Shown: one piece after another, positions 36,022 to 46,000 of the stretch
Numbering within the stretch: the stretch's first letter is position 1
Layout: each line of letters opens with the position of its first letter
The notes under the pieces: generated by a model
What the model saw: only the letters and a program-made list of their open reading frames with translations
Told to the model about the DNA's origin: nothing
Databases searched by the model: none
Assembly: GCA_044376115.1 (NCBI GenBank)
Contig: JBILLK010000013.1
Span: forward strand, 96,001 to 160,000
DNA from: Polyangiaceae bacterium
GTDB taxonomy: Bacteria; Myxococcota_A; Polyangia; Polyangiales; Polyangiaceae
Reading direction: 5' to 3'
DNA length: 64,000 nucleotides
Translations under genes and position numbers: made by a program

Positions 36022-37287
36022 ATGGAGCTCCCGAGCGCCCCGCAGCTTAGCTATCCGGGTTCGCGCGTGCTTGCGCTGCTCCTGACGGCCTGCACGACGC
36101 CCCCAGCAGCGGAGCAGCCGCCCACCGTTTCTACGCCGTTGCAGTCCGCGAGCACGCAAGCACAAGCTCCCACTGCGACGCCTCAAGAGCCGGCCTTCGT
36201 CACGCTGCGCCTCGGCCCCGCTGCGCGTTGGTTCGCGGCGACCCCATTCGTGATGGATGGGCTGGGCAGCCGCTGGCCCGCGACCAACGTCGTCGAGGGG
36301 ATCTGCGTACCGCACCCAACCCGCACCGACGCTTGCTGGGCGCTGGGCCCCGAAGGAAGCCAGCTCGTCACCTGGGCGCCTCTCGAGGGGCCGCAACCTC
36401 CGCAGCGCGCGCAGGTAAGGCAAGACCCTTACCTCGACGAAGCCGACGTAGACGACCTTCTTCGGCAGCCGCGTACGATCTGCACCATCACCGAGAGCGG
36501 GACCGACATCCTGCGCCTATGCGACAGCTACTCGCGCAACGGCCCACCGAGCGGATTTCGCGTCGAGCGCATCGGCGAGGACGGTTCGGCGATCCCCGAG
36601 CGCGCGTTCTCGTGGACGAACGAGGCTGCGTGGCCTTTCCGCGCGAGCCTTCCAGCAGGCATTCTCGCGTTCCATGGTAGCTGCGCAGGGCAACGCAGCG
36701 ACGAACGAGTGTGCGTTCGCAATCGCGGAGGCGACTACGAAGAGCTGCTGGTGCCGCGTCCCCTCCCCTCCAACGCCATGGCCGATACGCCGCTTAGCGC
36801 CGACGGGAAGATGGAGGTGGTGGCCTGGATCCCGGGAGACGACGAGGCGTTCACCATCGTCCTCGCGCGCGCACGCCGGTCGGTCGTCTTCACGCGGGGA
36901 GACGCGCAGCGCATCGACAAGGAGCTCAGCGCGAAGCTGCACGTCAAGCTGTCCGAACGCTATCGATCGTGTGAGCTGGCCTCGCTCCAGGGTGGCGTGC
37001 TCCGTTACCTATGCCGGTGGCAACGTGCCGCCGCTGCCATCGAACTCGATCTCGCGGACAAGTCGCTGCGCGTGGAGCCTGCGCCGTTCGCGGAGGGCGA
37101 AAGCCCGTTCGGCCTGCGAGTCACAGAGACCGGCAGCGTGCTGGAGTCCGTTGACGGCTGGAAGACCTGGCGCCCCGTCGAGGGCCCGCCGCAAAAGCCC
37201 GCCCCCGAGCCGACGCTGCGCTGTCATCGCATGGGCTGTCGGCTAGGCGATTGGGTGCGATTGGGCTGGGGGCCCTCCGTTAAGTAG
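36022..37287 (+). CDS. Hypothetical lipoprotein
   Basis: LLTA-C; C-terminal ESVDGWKTW..CHRMGCRLGDWVRLGWG. Confidence 0.75.
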   Translation: MELPSAPQLSYPGSRVLALLLTACTTPPAAEQPPTVSTPLQSASTQAQAPTATPQEPAFVTLRLGPAARWFAATPFVMDGLGSRWPATNVVEGICVPHPTRTDACWALGPEGSQLVTWAPLEGPQPPQRAQVRQDPYLDEADVDDLLRQPRTICTITESGTDILRLCDSYSRNGPPSGFRVERIGEDGSAIPERAFSWTNEAAWPFRASLPAGILAFHGSCAGQRSDERVCVRNRGGDYEELLVPRPLPSNAMADTPLSADGKMEVVAWIPGDDEAFTIVLARARRSVVFTRGDAQRIDKELSAKLHVKLSERYRSCELASLQGGVLRYLCRWQRAAAAIELDLADKSLRVEPAPFAEGESPFGLRVTETGSVLESVDGWKTWRPVEGPPQKPAPEPTLRCHRMGCRLGDWVRLGWGPSVK

Positions 37288-37360
37288 GAATGCGCGATCC
37301 ACTCGGGGCCGCGCGGGCTAGCGTGCGGTCGCCGACAACGCGGCGCGCTCCACCAACGTG

Positions 37361-37463
37361 AGGATGGGACCTCCAATTGGACGTTTTGTTGAATTCAAGC
37401 GCCCATCCCCGCCCGATGGGCCTCCTAAGTCAACAAAACGCCCACTTCGACCGCCGATCCCCC
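37361..37463 (-). repeat. Family C element, reverse orientation, degenerate
   Basis: ggatgggacctccaattggacgttttgttgaattc...tcaacaaaacgcccacttcga; supplies the stop codon of 37430-37957. Confidence 0.85.
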
Positions 37464-37957
37464 GTGCCCCGCTGGCGCCGCGCTCGAACCAGCGTGATGG
37501 CGAGGCCTAGGACGATTCCGCCGTACGCCCCCACGTGGAGTCCCCACGCCAGGAGGTAGCGCGTGCAGGCGGCCTGGGTCAGCGAACCGGCGCTCGAGGA
37601 GCGCACATCGAACGGATCCGAGACGACCATGGTGAGTGCGCTGGCTGGGAGAGTGACGATCAGCGCGAGCAGGATTGGTGCGAGCCAGCCGCGCCACACG
37701 TGTCGCTGCGTCCTACTTGCGTAGATCAGGCCCAGCCCCGAGACGAGTGCCCCGAGCGGCAGCGCCGAGCGGAAGCCGAGCCACGCTACCCGCAGTCGTA
37801 GCGCATCCTCCGGGAGACCCTTGCCGAGGGTGAAGTAGTCGGGAGAAATGGAGACAGTGACCTGGTCGAACCCCGCTCCGAGCAAGCCGGCCAGTGCGGC
37901 GCCGAGCAGGAGAACCGAATACGACCAAAGGCGAGAGCGCTTGATACTGGACCTCAA
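37430..37957 (-). CDS. Hypothetical integral membrane protein (~4 TM)
   Basis: Four hydrophobic segments; DQVTVSISPDYF loop. Confidence 0.7.
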   Translation of the reverse strand: MRSSIKRSRLWSYSVLLLGAALAGLLGAGFDQVTVSISPDYFTLGKGLPEDALRLRVAWLGFRSALPLGALVSGLGLIYASRTQRHVWRGWLAPILLALIVTLPASALTMVVSDPFDVRSSSAGSLTQAACTRYLLAWGLHVGAYGGIVLGLAITLVRARRQRGTGDRRSKWAFC

Positions 37958-38011
37958 GCGACGAGGCCGGTCGCTTGTTCCGAGGTTCTATCTTTCCGGT
38001 CGACGGAGGGC

Positions 38012-38352
38012 AGCGAAGGTTCCCGAGGGAGCTGCGCTAGGCCCCGTGGGTTACTTCGCTAAAGGTGAGGTTTTGTTCGCTAGACGGATGGCTCACACGC
38101 AGGCGCGCTCGAAAAGCGCGGCAAATTGGGCCAACATCAAGGTAGCCACGCGCATCCGCCCTCGCGAATGCGAAGTAAACCCCAGGAGCTAACGCAGCTC
38201 CCCCGGTTTACTTCGCAATGGCTCCGGCAACTCGAGCGAATGCGAAGTAACCCTGGAGCTAACGCAGCATGCACGCCGGCGGCCATACGCCGGGCTCTTG
38301 GGATAACGGGTTATCGGAGTCATTGCGAAGTAAACCGGGGGAGCTGCGTTAG
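38012..38352 (+). repeat. Family B element (subtype 2) with extra units, the last one inverted
   Basis: Core ggccaacatcaaggtagc at 38129; gcgaagtaaa..ggagctaacgcagctcc..tttacttcgc units; 38296-38352 is a reverse-complement unit. Confidence 0.88.
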
Positions 38353-38437
38353 CGAACGGCGCGTCCCCCGCCATCACGAGCTCGGGCTCCAGCGCGGGAA
38401 AGGTCGAAGGGATGAAGGGCTGCAGGAGGACCGCCTC
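38353..38437 (-). pseudogene. 85-bp internal fragment of the MBL gene
   Basis: Matches 35456-35540 with three mismatches by eye; abuts the family B element. Confidence 0.85.
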
Positions 38438-38586
38438 TAGAAGTTCGGGAAGGTCGGCAATGCTTCCAGCGATTTGTTCGAGGTCGGCTGTGTCGTGCTC
38501 CCAGCGGAAGACCGCCTCCCGCTTGCGTTGGACCCGGGATCACCATCGACGGAGCGGCGCCGGCTGCCTACATTCAGCGTCTCGAA

Positions 38587-39540
38587 ATGGTGGACCTTGC
38601 CCGACGACGCGTGTGCCCGTGGCTCTTCCTTTGCGCACGCGCGGCCTTTGCGGCGGCGCTTTTTCTAAGCGCGAGCGCCGTCGCGACGAGCTGCAAGGGG
38701 CGCACGCTTGAAGATCTCTTGGGCCCAAAGGAAGGCGACGCGTGCAGCACGTACGAGGGTAACTGCACCAGCCCCAACAGTCTGATCGTTTGTGTGGACG
38801 GCAAGTACATCGCACGCAAATGTTCGGGACCGCAGGGCTGCATCACGGATGATACGGCGCACACGAGCTCGTGTGATTGGGAGGCGGATCTCGTGGGAAC
38901 GGCCTGTGCTGCATCCGAGGCGAACGAAGCGGCATGCGTGTCCAGCGACCAAGCCATCCTTCAGTGCACGAGCGGGACAATGAAGCTGACCGGCTGCGAG
39001 GGACCGCGCAAATGCGAGGAGACTGCGAACAAAGCGGTTATCTGCGACGCGTCGATCGGCACGGTGGGTGCGCCGTGCACGTGGGAAGGCGGGCCCTCTT
39101 GCGCCAAGGATGGCAAGACCGTGCTTACGTGCACACACGGCGCCTTCGTAGAGACCAAGCAATGCAAAGGGCCGAAGGGCTGCCAGGCCTTTGCCGAAGG
39201 CAACGCGTGGCGCGTCGAGTGTGACCACTCGGTCGCCGAGGTGGGGGATGTCTGCACGGGCGTGGGCTCGACGTGTTCGATCGACAAGAAGGCCGTGTTG
39301 GACTGCAAAGAGGGACGGTTCGTCCACCAGTACAAATGTTTGGGCGAGCTGGGATGCCATCGGCTCGATGGGCTCACGTGTGACAACTCGCGAGCGGACG
39401 TGGGAGATCCTTGTAAGGGTGAGGAGACGGCGGTCTGCTCTGTCGACAAGAAGGCGCGGCTCCGATGCAGGCAGGGAGCCTACGTCCTGGAGCGCAAATG
39501 CACCTGCTCAGTCGAAGGCGGCCTCGTGAACTGCACGTGA
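38587..39540 (+). CDS. Cys-rich repeat lipoprotein
   Basis: ATS-C; ~5 repeats of G.C......C..D....L.C..G.....C.GP.GC. Confidence 0.85.
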   Translation: MVDLARRRVCPWLFLCARAAFAAALFLSASAVATSCKGRTLEDLLGPKEGDACSTYEGNCTSPNSLIVCVDGKYIARKCSGPQGCITDDTAHTSSCDWEADLVGTACAASEANEAACVSSDQAILQCTSGTMKLTGCEGPRKCEETANKAVICDASIGTVGAPCTWEGGPSCAKDGKTVLTCTHGAFVETKQCKGPKGCQAFAEGNAWRVECDHSVAEVGDVCTGVGSTCSIDKKAVLDCKEGRFVHQYKCLGELGCHRLDGLTCDNSRADVGDPCKGEETAVCSVDKKARLRCRQGAYVLERKCTCSVEGGLVNCT

Positions 39541-39622
39541 GGTTCAGCCGGGAGGTGGTTGTCGCACGTGCTGGCCTTGCGTGCGAGGCTCGCTGCGGTC
39601 ACCCTCCGACCCGGAGGCCACG

Positions 39623-39904
39623 ATGGCGAAGGCAACTTGGAACGGCGTGACGATCGCCGAGTCGGATACGTACGAGACGGTGGAGGGCAACATCTACTTC
39701 CCGCCGAGCGCGCTCAAGCGTGAGCTCTTGCGACCGAGCGAAACGCACACGACGTGCTCGTGGAAGGGTGTGGCGAGCTACTACGACATCGAGGTTGAGG
39801 GGAAGACGAACAAAGACGCTGCCTGGTTCTACCCCGCGCCCAAAGACGCCGCCGCGAACATCAAAGGGTTCGTCGCGTTTTGGAAGGGCGTGAAGGTAGA
39901 GTGA
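39623..39904 (+). CDS. DUF427 (NTP_transf_9) domain protein
   Basis: KATWNGVTIAESD..VEGNIYFPP..TCSWKGVASYY..AAWFYPAPK; GGAGG RBS. Confidence 0.92.
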   Translation: MAKATWNGVTIAESDTYETVEGNIYFPPSALKRELLRPSETHTTCSWKGVASYYDIEVEGKTNKDAAWFYPAPKDAAANIKGFVAFWKGVKVE

Positions 39905-39953
39905 GTTGCGCCAGTCCCCAGGGCAGGATGCAGGTCGACTTTCTCGGCTAGCG

Positions 39954-40262
39954 AGCGAAGTAACCCGAGGGAGCTGCGCTAGGTCCCGTGGGTTACTTCG
40001 CTAAACGGGAGGTTTTGTTCGCTAGACGGGATGGCTCACGCACAGGCGCGCTCGAAAAGCGCGGCCAATTGGGCCAATATCAAGGTAGCCGCGCGCATCC
40101 GCCCTCAGCGAATGCGAAGTAAAGCCCGGGAGCTAACGCAGCTCCCCCCGGTTTACTTCGCAATGGCTCCGATAACCCGTGCGAATGCGAAGTAAACCCC
40201 AGGAGCTAACGCAGCTCCCCCCGGTTTACTTCGCAATGGCTCCGATAGCCCGTTATCCCGAT
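39954..40262 (+). repeat. Family B element (subtype 2) with duplicated right hairpin
   Basis: Core ggccaatatcaaggtagc at ~40072; close to 38012-38270; between convergent genes. Confidence 0.9.
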
Positions 40263-40305
40263 AGCGACAGCCGTTAGGGCACACACGCAGGGGCGCGGAC
40301 AACCT

Positions 40306-41553
40306 TCAGCGCTGCTTCTTCAGGGCCTCGAGGAAGACCCGCAACGCCGCAGCTCGTGCCCGGTGCTCCTCCGCTGATAGGTACGAACCCATTCGGCGCG
40401 CCTCGACCTTCTTCGCGGTCTCGTTCTCGCGCTTCGCTCGAGCGCTCACGAGCTTCGCGAGGTCACCAAACTCGCCGTGGCGCCGAGCGCGCGCAACCAC
40501 GGCACGGGCGGAGGCGAGCTCGCCCGATTCCGCGAGTGAGAGTACGGCCTCCACGTCGAAGGCGACGCCACGTTCGATGAGCTTCTCGACCAGCGCGGCC
40601 GGCAGCGACTCGGCGAACACGATCGGGGCATCCCCGAGCGCAACACCGGCCTCGAGCAGCGCCGCGACGACCCCATGCGCCTTGTGCGCCACAGCGAGCG
40701 ATAGCGCAGTAGCGGTGCCGGAGACGACGCCATCCACCGGGACCTTCGCGGCGAGCAGCGACTGGAGCAGCGAAACGTCATCCTTAGCCGTTGCGTGCGC
40801 CAGCGCCTTACGCGCTGCTCGCCACTGCAAGCGTGTCCCTTCGAAGGCTCGGGACACGACGGACCGCCAGTCGAACACCGAGGCCTCGATGATCGCGCGC
40901 AGCTTCAGCGCGAGCTCCGGGTGTTTCTCGGCTACGGCGTCGTGCGCCTCCGCCATCTGGATCCCGCGGAGGTTGCGGTTGGCCCCCTCCGCGAACGGGT
41001 TCTCGTCGAGAGAAAGGCCGTCAAACAGATCCTCGAGGCTGGGAGCGATGACGCTCGCGCTATCCTCGTTGAGCCGCATCTTCCACGCCGGCGGCAAGCC
41101 CCTCGCCCAGAGCACGACCTCACCGTTTCGCTCCGGGCGCAACGATACGTAGATACGTTCGAGGTATTCGAAGCCTCCGAACGGCAGCACGCTCAGCGCG
41201 TCTGGGGCAGGCTCCCCGTCCTCCTCAGCGGCTTCGGCGGCGAGCTCTCGCTCGTAGTCGATCCAGCCAAGCAAGTCGCGATACCCGTTGCTCTCGGGAT
41301 AGAAGAGTTCGGTGAAGCCGGCCGTGTAGCGATGCTCGTCGAACGAGACCTCCAGATCGTAGTTCAACTTCCCGCCGAACGCCGTGTCCCAAAGACCTCG
41401 CAGGCCAGGCGGGACGGGCGCCCCGACGCGACGCTCTACCTCCGCCAGCTGCTCCGCCGTGATCGGTGGTTGCGCCTTCAAGATCAGCTTTCCGCGGAAG
41501 AGAGCGAGCCCATGCTCGCGCAACGTCGCGCGTTCCTCGGGTGTCAACGACAC
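40306..41553 (-). CDS. SMI1/KNR4 (SUKH)-family protein with ankyrin-like C-terminus
   Basis: PPITAEQLAEVERRVGAPVPPGLRGLW...IAPSLEDLFDGL; TALSLAVAHKAHGVVAALLEAG. GTG start after GAAGGGA. Confidence 0.8.
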   Translation of the reverse strand: MSLTPEERATLREHGLALFRGKLILKAQPPITAEQLAEVERRVGAPVPPGLRGLWDTAFGGKLNYDLEVSFDEHRYTAGFTELFYPESNGYRDLLGWIDYERELAAEAAEEDGEPAPDALSVLPFGGFEYLERIYVSLRPERNGEVVLWARGLPPAWKMRLNEDSASVIAPSLEDLFDGLSLDENPFAEGANRNLRGIQMAEAHDAVAEKHPELALKLRAIIEASVFDWRSVVSRAFEGTRLQWRAARKALAHATAKDDVSLLQSLLAAKVPVDGVVSGTATALSLAVAHKAHGVVAALLEAGVALGDAPIVFAESLPAALVEKLIERGVAFDVEAVLSLAESGELASARAVVARARRHGEFGDLAKLVSARAKRENETAKKVEARRMGSYLSAEEHRARAAALRVFLEALKKQR

Positions 41554-41587
41554 GTCGGCGCGTCCCTTCAAGTCCATCATCCCAAGC

Positions 41588-42316
41588 CTACGGCTTCGAG
41601 TTCCCGCGGGCTCTCTCGATCTGATTGCCAACAGGAGCGCCAAGCCGCTCCGCCGTGCGCCAGTCCGCGCAGGCCTCTTGCTTGCGCCCCAAGAGTTCTC
41701 GCATGTCGGCTCGCCAGCCAAAGTAGTCACCATCGTCGGGGTGCTTCACGATCCCCGCGCTGAAGTCCGCTTCGGCCTCAGAAAAGCGACGGGTGCACGA
41801 CTCGCCGCGCGCGCACGCAAAGCCAAGGTACGCCTGGCAATAACCTCGGTTGTAGTGATCGTGCCGATAGCCTCCCCGCTCGATGACCGCCGTCATCTGC
41901 ACGATGCACTGCTCACAGTGGGCCAAATCCTCGGGCCGGCGTTGCGAGAGCGCTCCGGCCTGGTGTCGGGCGCGGCACACCTCGGCCTCGACCACAGCGC
42001 CCGCGTAGTGTGCTTCGACGCGGTCGGGAAAGCGCGTAAGGGCCTCGTCAGCGAGTGTTCGCGCCGCTACGAAGTCGCCACGCTTGACGAGTTCGCGCAG
42101 CCCAGCGAGCAGTGGGTCGGCGTCCAGAGCGGCCGCGTCCGGCTTTGTGGCCGCGGACAGATCGACCGCCCACCCCGAGGACGTGGGGGCAGGAGCGCTA
42201 GCAACCAGCCCGGCCGGCGCAGTCAGTGCAACGGGCGCGGCCGGCGCTTCGCGAGCAACCGGCGCAGGCTCCCGACAGGCCAGTAGAGCGATCGCGCTGA
42301 AGCTTGCAGCCTTCAT
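41588..42316 (-). CDS. TPR-containing lipoprotein
   Basis: ALLA-C; YNRGYCQAYLG..AEADFSAGIVKHPDDGDYFGWRADMRELLG..EACADW. Confidence 0.8.
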   Translation of the reverse strand: MKAASFSAIALLACREPAPVAREAPAAPVALTAPAGLVASAPAPTSSGWAVDLSAATKPDAAALDADPLLAGLRELVKRGDFVAARTLADEALTRFPDRVEAHYAGAVVEAEVCRARHQAGALSQRRPEDLAHCEQCIVQMTAVIERGGYRHDHYNRGYCQAYLGFACARGESCTRRFSEAEADFSAGIVKHPDDGDYFGWRADMRELLGRKQEACADWRTAERLGAPVGNQIERARGNSKP

Positions 42317-42408
42317 GATGAAAGTCGCTCTATCTCGACCTCGGTGGGAACAGTAAGGGCAATCGGCGATCTGTTCGCCATGACGTGATATTGCCGTAGC
42401 ATCTCCCG

Positions 42409-42936
42409 ATGCGAACCCGTCTTCGAGCTCCAATCGTGGCGACCGTTTCGGTGTTGGGAATGAATGGAGCGGCCTGCGAGAGTTACCGCACCCAAAATCC
42501 GCCGCGCCCTGAGCCGGTACAAAACCCGCCGCCCGACGCTGCCACCACGAGCACGGCGATCCCGTCTGCTGCGTCCGCCGAGGTAGCGACCGATCCACCC
42601 GCGACGGCCACGAGCTCGAGCTCGGCGAAGCCGCCGCGCAAGACCTATTCGCGCCAGCTAAACGAACGCGATCCCAAGCGCGGACAGATCTTCAGCAGTG
42701 AGTCAGGGTGCTTCGTCTACGGCGATTGGCCCGACGGCAAACCTCGCGCTCCCGGCATGATGCCGGCCCGCATCTCGCTGCCATGTCCGCCCAGCATGAA
42801 GGACCCAGCCTGGGCAGCCTGCGCCGGTGGCACGCTCTCAGCCAACGAGCTGGGCAGCGAGTGTGAATGCTTCGTTGGAGGCAATCCACCGCCTCCGCCC
42901 CGCCTCGTCGATTGCCCCGCGAGCGCGAAAGAGTAG
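42409..42936 (+). CDS. Hypothetical Pro/Cys-rich lipoprotein
   Basis: GAA-C; NPP motifs. Confidence 0.75.
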   Translation: MRTRLRAPIVATVSVLGMNGAACESYRTQNPPRPEPVQNPPPDAATTSTAIPSAASAEVATDPPATATSSSSAKPPRKTYSRQLNERDPKRGQIFSSESGCFVYGDWPDGKPRAPGMMPARISLPCPPSMKDPAWAACAGGTLSANELGSECECFVGGNPPPPPRLVDCPASAKE

Positions 42937-42991
42937 CGACGCAGGTCGCGCCTGCGTCGCCCTCTACGTTACGCCGAAGGCGGACGCAGTG

Positions 42992-43072
42992 AACAGAATG
43001 ACTCGGGCCCTCTTCGACTAAAGCGGCCGCAGGCCCGATTGACCAGTTGACCTGGCACGAGTCATTCCGGTT
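42992..43072. repeat. Palindromic element family D, possibly terminator-like; half copy at ~22193-22220
   Basis: aacagaatgactcgggcc ... ggcacgagtcattccggtt between convergent genes; cgaagagggcacgagtcattctgtt at 22193 matches the reverse complement of the left arm. Confidence 0.65.
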
Positions 43073-46000
43073 GAGCGAGAGTGACCGTGAGCGCGGACCC
43101 GTTCATATTGAGCGGTACAGCGCGCTCGTTGATGCCCGTGCCCACGCGGTTCGGAGCGCTGCGGAACTCATCAATGACGTGGTAGTCGGAGGGGAAATTC
43201 TTGGAGAGCCACTGCTCACAGGACCTCGAAAAGTCGTCGAAGTATTGGTGCTTCACCGATAGATCGAGGCACGTCTTGAACGCGCCGCGCGCAGCCTGTC
43301 GGTCGCGTTCGCTCGCTCTGTCCAACTCGTCGTAGTACGCGCCGCGGATCTCTTCCCACAACAGATCGCCGTAGGGACTCGGGCCGTTCTGCTTCCATTC
43401 CTTCGGAATCGGAGCGGCGCGGAACTCAGCGACGAACTTGCCCTTCATCTGGCCAACTCGCGCGCCTGCAGCGATCACCCAGCGCGGAGGCGGGACCGGC
43501 TGAAGCCCGAGCACCTTTTGGTACTCCTTGTCAGCGGCTTCCACGGCCTCGCGCTTCTTCTCCTGCCACTCCTTGACCTTGGTGCCAACGAACCTCTTGA
43601 CCTCGTCCTTCTCGCCGCTGCCCTTGTACTCGGGGAAGGCGATGGTATCGACGATCGCTTTCTTCTCCTCGGCCGAGAAGAAGTAGGCCTCGCCAACCGC
43701 CTCGAGCGTCTTGCCCAGGCGGCGAAGCGCCTGCACCTCGCCCTCGCCTGCCGCTGCGGATAGCTCCTCGAGCTTCTTCACGGCAGCCGCAGGGTCCCGC
43801 CACAGGCCACGGACTTTGTCGTACTCCTGCCGCGCCTTCATCTTGTTGCCGTTCTTGTTGTAAGCGCGACCGAGCAACCCGTGCGCTTGGAGCTGAAGGT
43901 CCGCCGTCGCGTTCTTATCGATCTGTCCCATCGCGCCTGACAGGCGCTTCTCCGCGTTGCGCCAATCCTCACGGTCTACGTAGTGGGCGCCAATCGCGAA
44001 GGCAATTTGGGCAGCCTGTTGGGCGCGGTTTGAGAACTGCTTCTGGAACAGCTCGGAGTTCTTGATGGCCTCCTCCAGTTGCCCCAGGCCGAGGCGAAGC
44101 ACGACAGCGTCGCTAAGTGCTTGGGCAGCCTTTTCGTCTTTCGGAGATTCGCTGGCGAAACGTTCAAACCATGAGGCCGCTTCGTCGTAGACGGCGATAG
44201 CTTGGTAGTTCGCGCCGATCTCCCATACCGCCCGTTTGGCGAGGTCGGTAGTGTGCAGGTTGTACTTGGGATTGATGAGCAGCTTGCGGACGGCGATGGC
44301 CTTCGCCACCAAGCGAGCCGCCTGGAAGGCTTTGGCAGCGTTGTAGAGCACCTCATCGTTGCGCGCACACGCCTCCTTCTGACCGCCTTCGCACGGCTCT
44401 TTGCCGTACTTCTCCCAGATGTCGAGGTAGAGCTGTGCGCCGGTGCGGAAGAGCTCGAGGTCATTCGTCTCGGCTGCCTTCGCGACCGTACGCTCGGCGC
44501 CGGCGCGCTCGACGTCGCGCTGGATTCGCAACAGGGTTCCGCACTGCTCTTCGTTCTCGGCCTTCTTCGTGCCATCGCAGTAGAGCTTGATGAACTCGGG
44601 CACGTCGTTGCCCATATCAGCGACGCAACTCGAACGAGGTGGAGAGGAGTGCGTACCAACGATGTTGAGCGACTCCAGATAAAGCTGCGCTGCGTGGATG
44701 CCGACCTCGTGGTCGGGATGGTTCATCGCGATGTCGCGGAAGCCGAGCGCTGCCTCCTCCCAATGACGAGCCTCGAAGTAGGTTCGCGCGCGGGCGAACT
44801 TCACCTCAATGAACTGATTGAACGCATCCTTGTTGCTCGTGTCCGGCTGGATGTAGCAAACGTAGCGATTGAAGGCCGTGATCATACTCTTCTGGTCGGC
44901 CGTAAACTCCTTCGCTTTAAACCTTTCATTGTCTGCGGGCCTCGCTGGCAGCTCGGAGCCGGGGAGATTGCCGGTCCCCTGGCGGTCTTCGCCCGCCTTG
45001 TGCCGCTCGCGGTAGAGGTTCTCGTAACAAATCAGCTCGGCAAATGCGGCCTCCGCTGCGCGATCGCCCTTCGGGTCTTCGGCAACGACGGAGCCGAAGG
45101 CTGGCCCGCACTTCGCCCAGTCCTTCTGGAAGTAGAGCAAGTCGGCCATGGCGTACTTGATCTTGATGATGTCCGGCCAATCCTCTTTCACGATGCGCGG
45201 GAAGCGGAACTCGCGGAAGTCAGCCTGCGTGAAGGTGCTCACGATTTGCTGGTAGAGGTTCGCCGCAGCCTTCATCGTCTCGGGGTCACTCGTTCCGCGA
45301 ACGCCGCCTGAACCAACGGCCTCGAGGTGCCAAGCCATTGCCGTTTCGGAGGCGATCTCCGCGGTGATGTTGCCGCATTTGAGCTTGGCCTCGGCTGAGG
45401 CTGCCCCAGCCGTGAACTCCTTGTGAACCGCAAACTGCTTGCTGATGACCTTGACAATCGACTCCTTGTCGCCGCCCTTCTTCGCCAGCGTCGCCTCGGT
45501 GATGTGCCCGTGGTACTCGCACCATTGGGGGCCTTTGTCTCGGCTCATGAGCTCGCTGTAGAGCGCAATGCCCTCATCGTAGTGGCCGGTATCGAGGTAG
45601 CTCATACCGAGCTCGTCCATCATCTTGAAGGTCTTGTCGTTCTCGCCGCCAGCGTCTCCGGATAGCGGCTTCATAAAGTTGTAGGCCTTCTTGGGATCAC
45701 CCCACAGCGCGTAAACAGGAATCACGTCGCGCCGCGCCGAGGTCGCCAACTGACTGGCGTTCGGCAGATGGGAGAACTTTGTGCCGTAATCAATGACTTT
45801 CTTGAACGCGTCGATCGACTTCTCGTATTCGCCCTGGTTCCAGGAGACGTAGCCCAGCTTATAGAGCGCATATCCGTAAACCTTATTCTCCGGCGGCGGC
45901 GCGCTAATGACTTGTGTGTAAGCGGCCTCCGCTGCAGCCCAAACGCTCGGGTCGCTTTGGGCCTCCTGGAAGTAGAGCTCACCGAAAGCCAAGTAAGCGT

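Noticed and set aside
232..40262. Family B or C hairpins as integron attC sites
   Set aside because: The taac...gtt ends do not fit RYYYAAC/GTTRRRY well, genes are in mixed orientations rather than one per site, and there is no integrase in the window.
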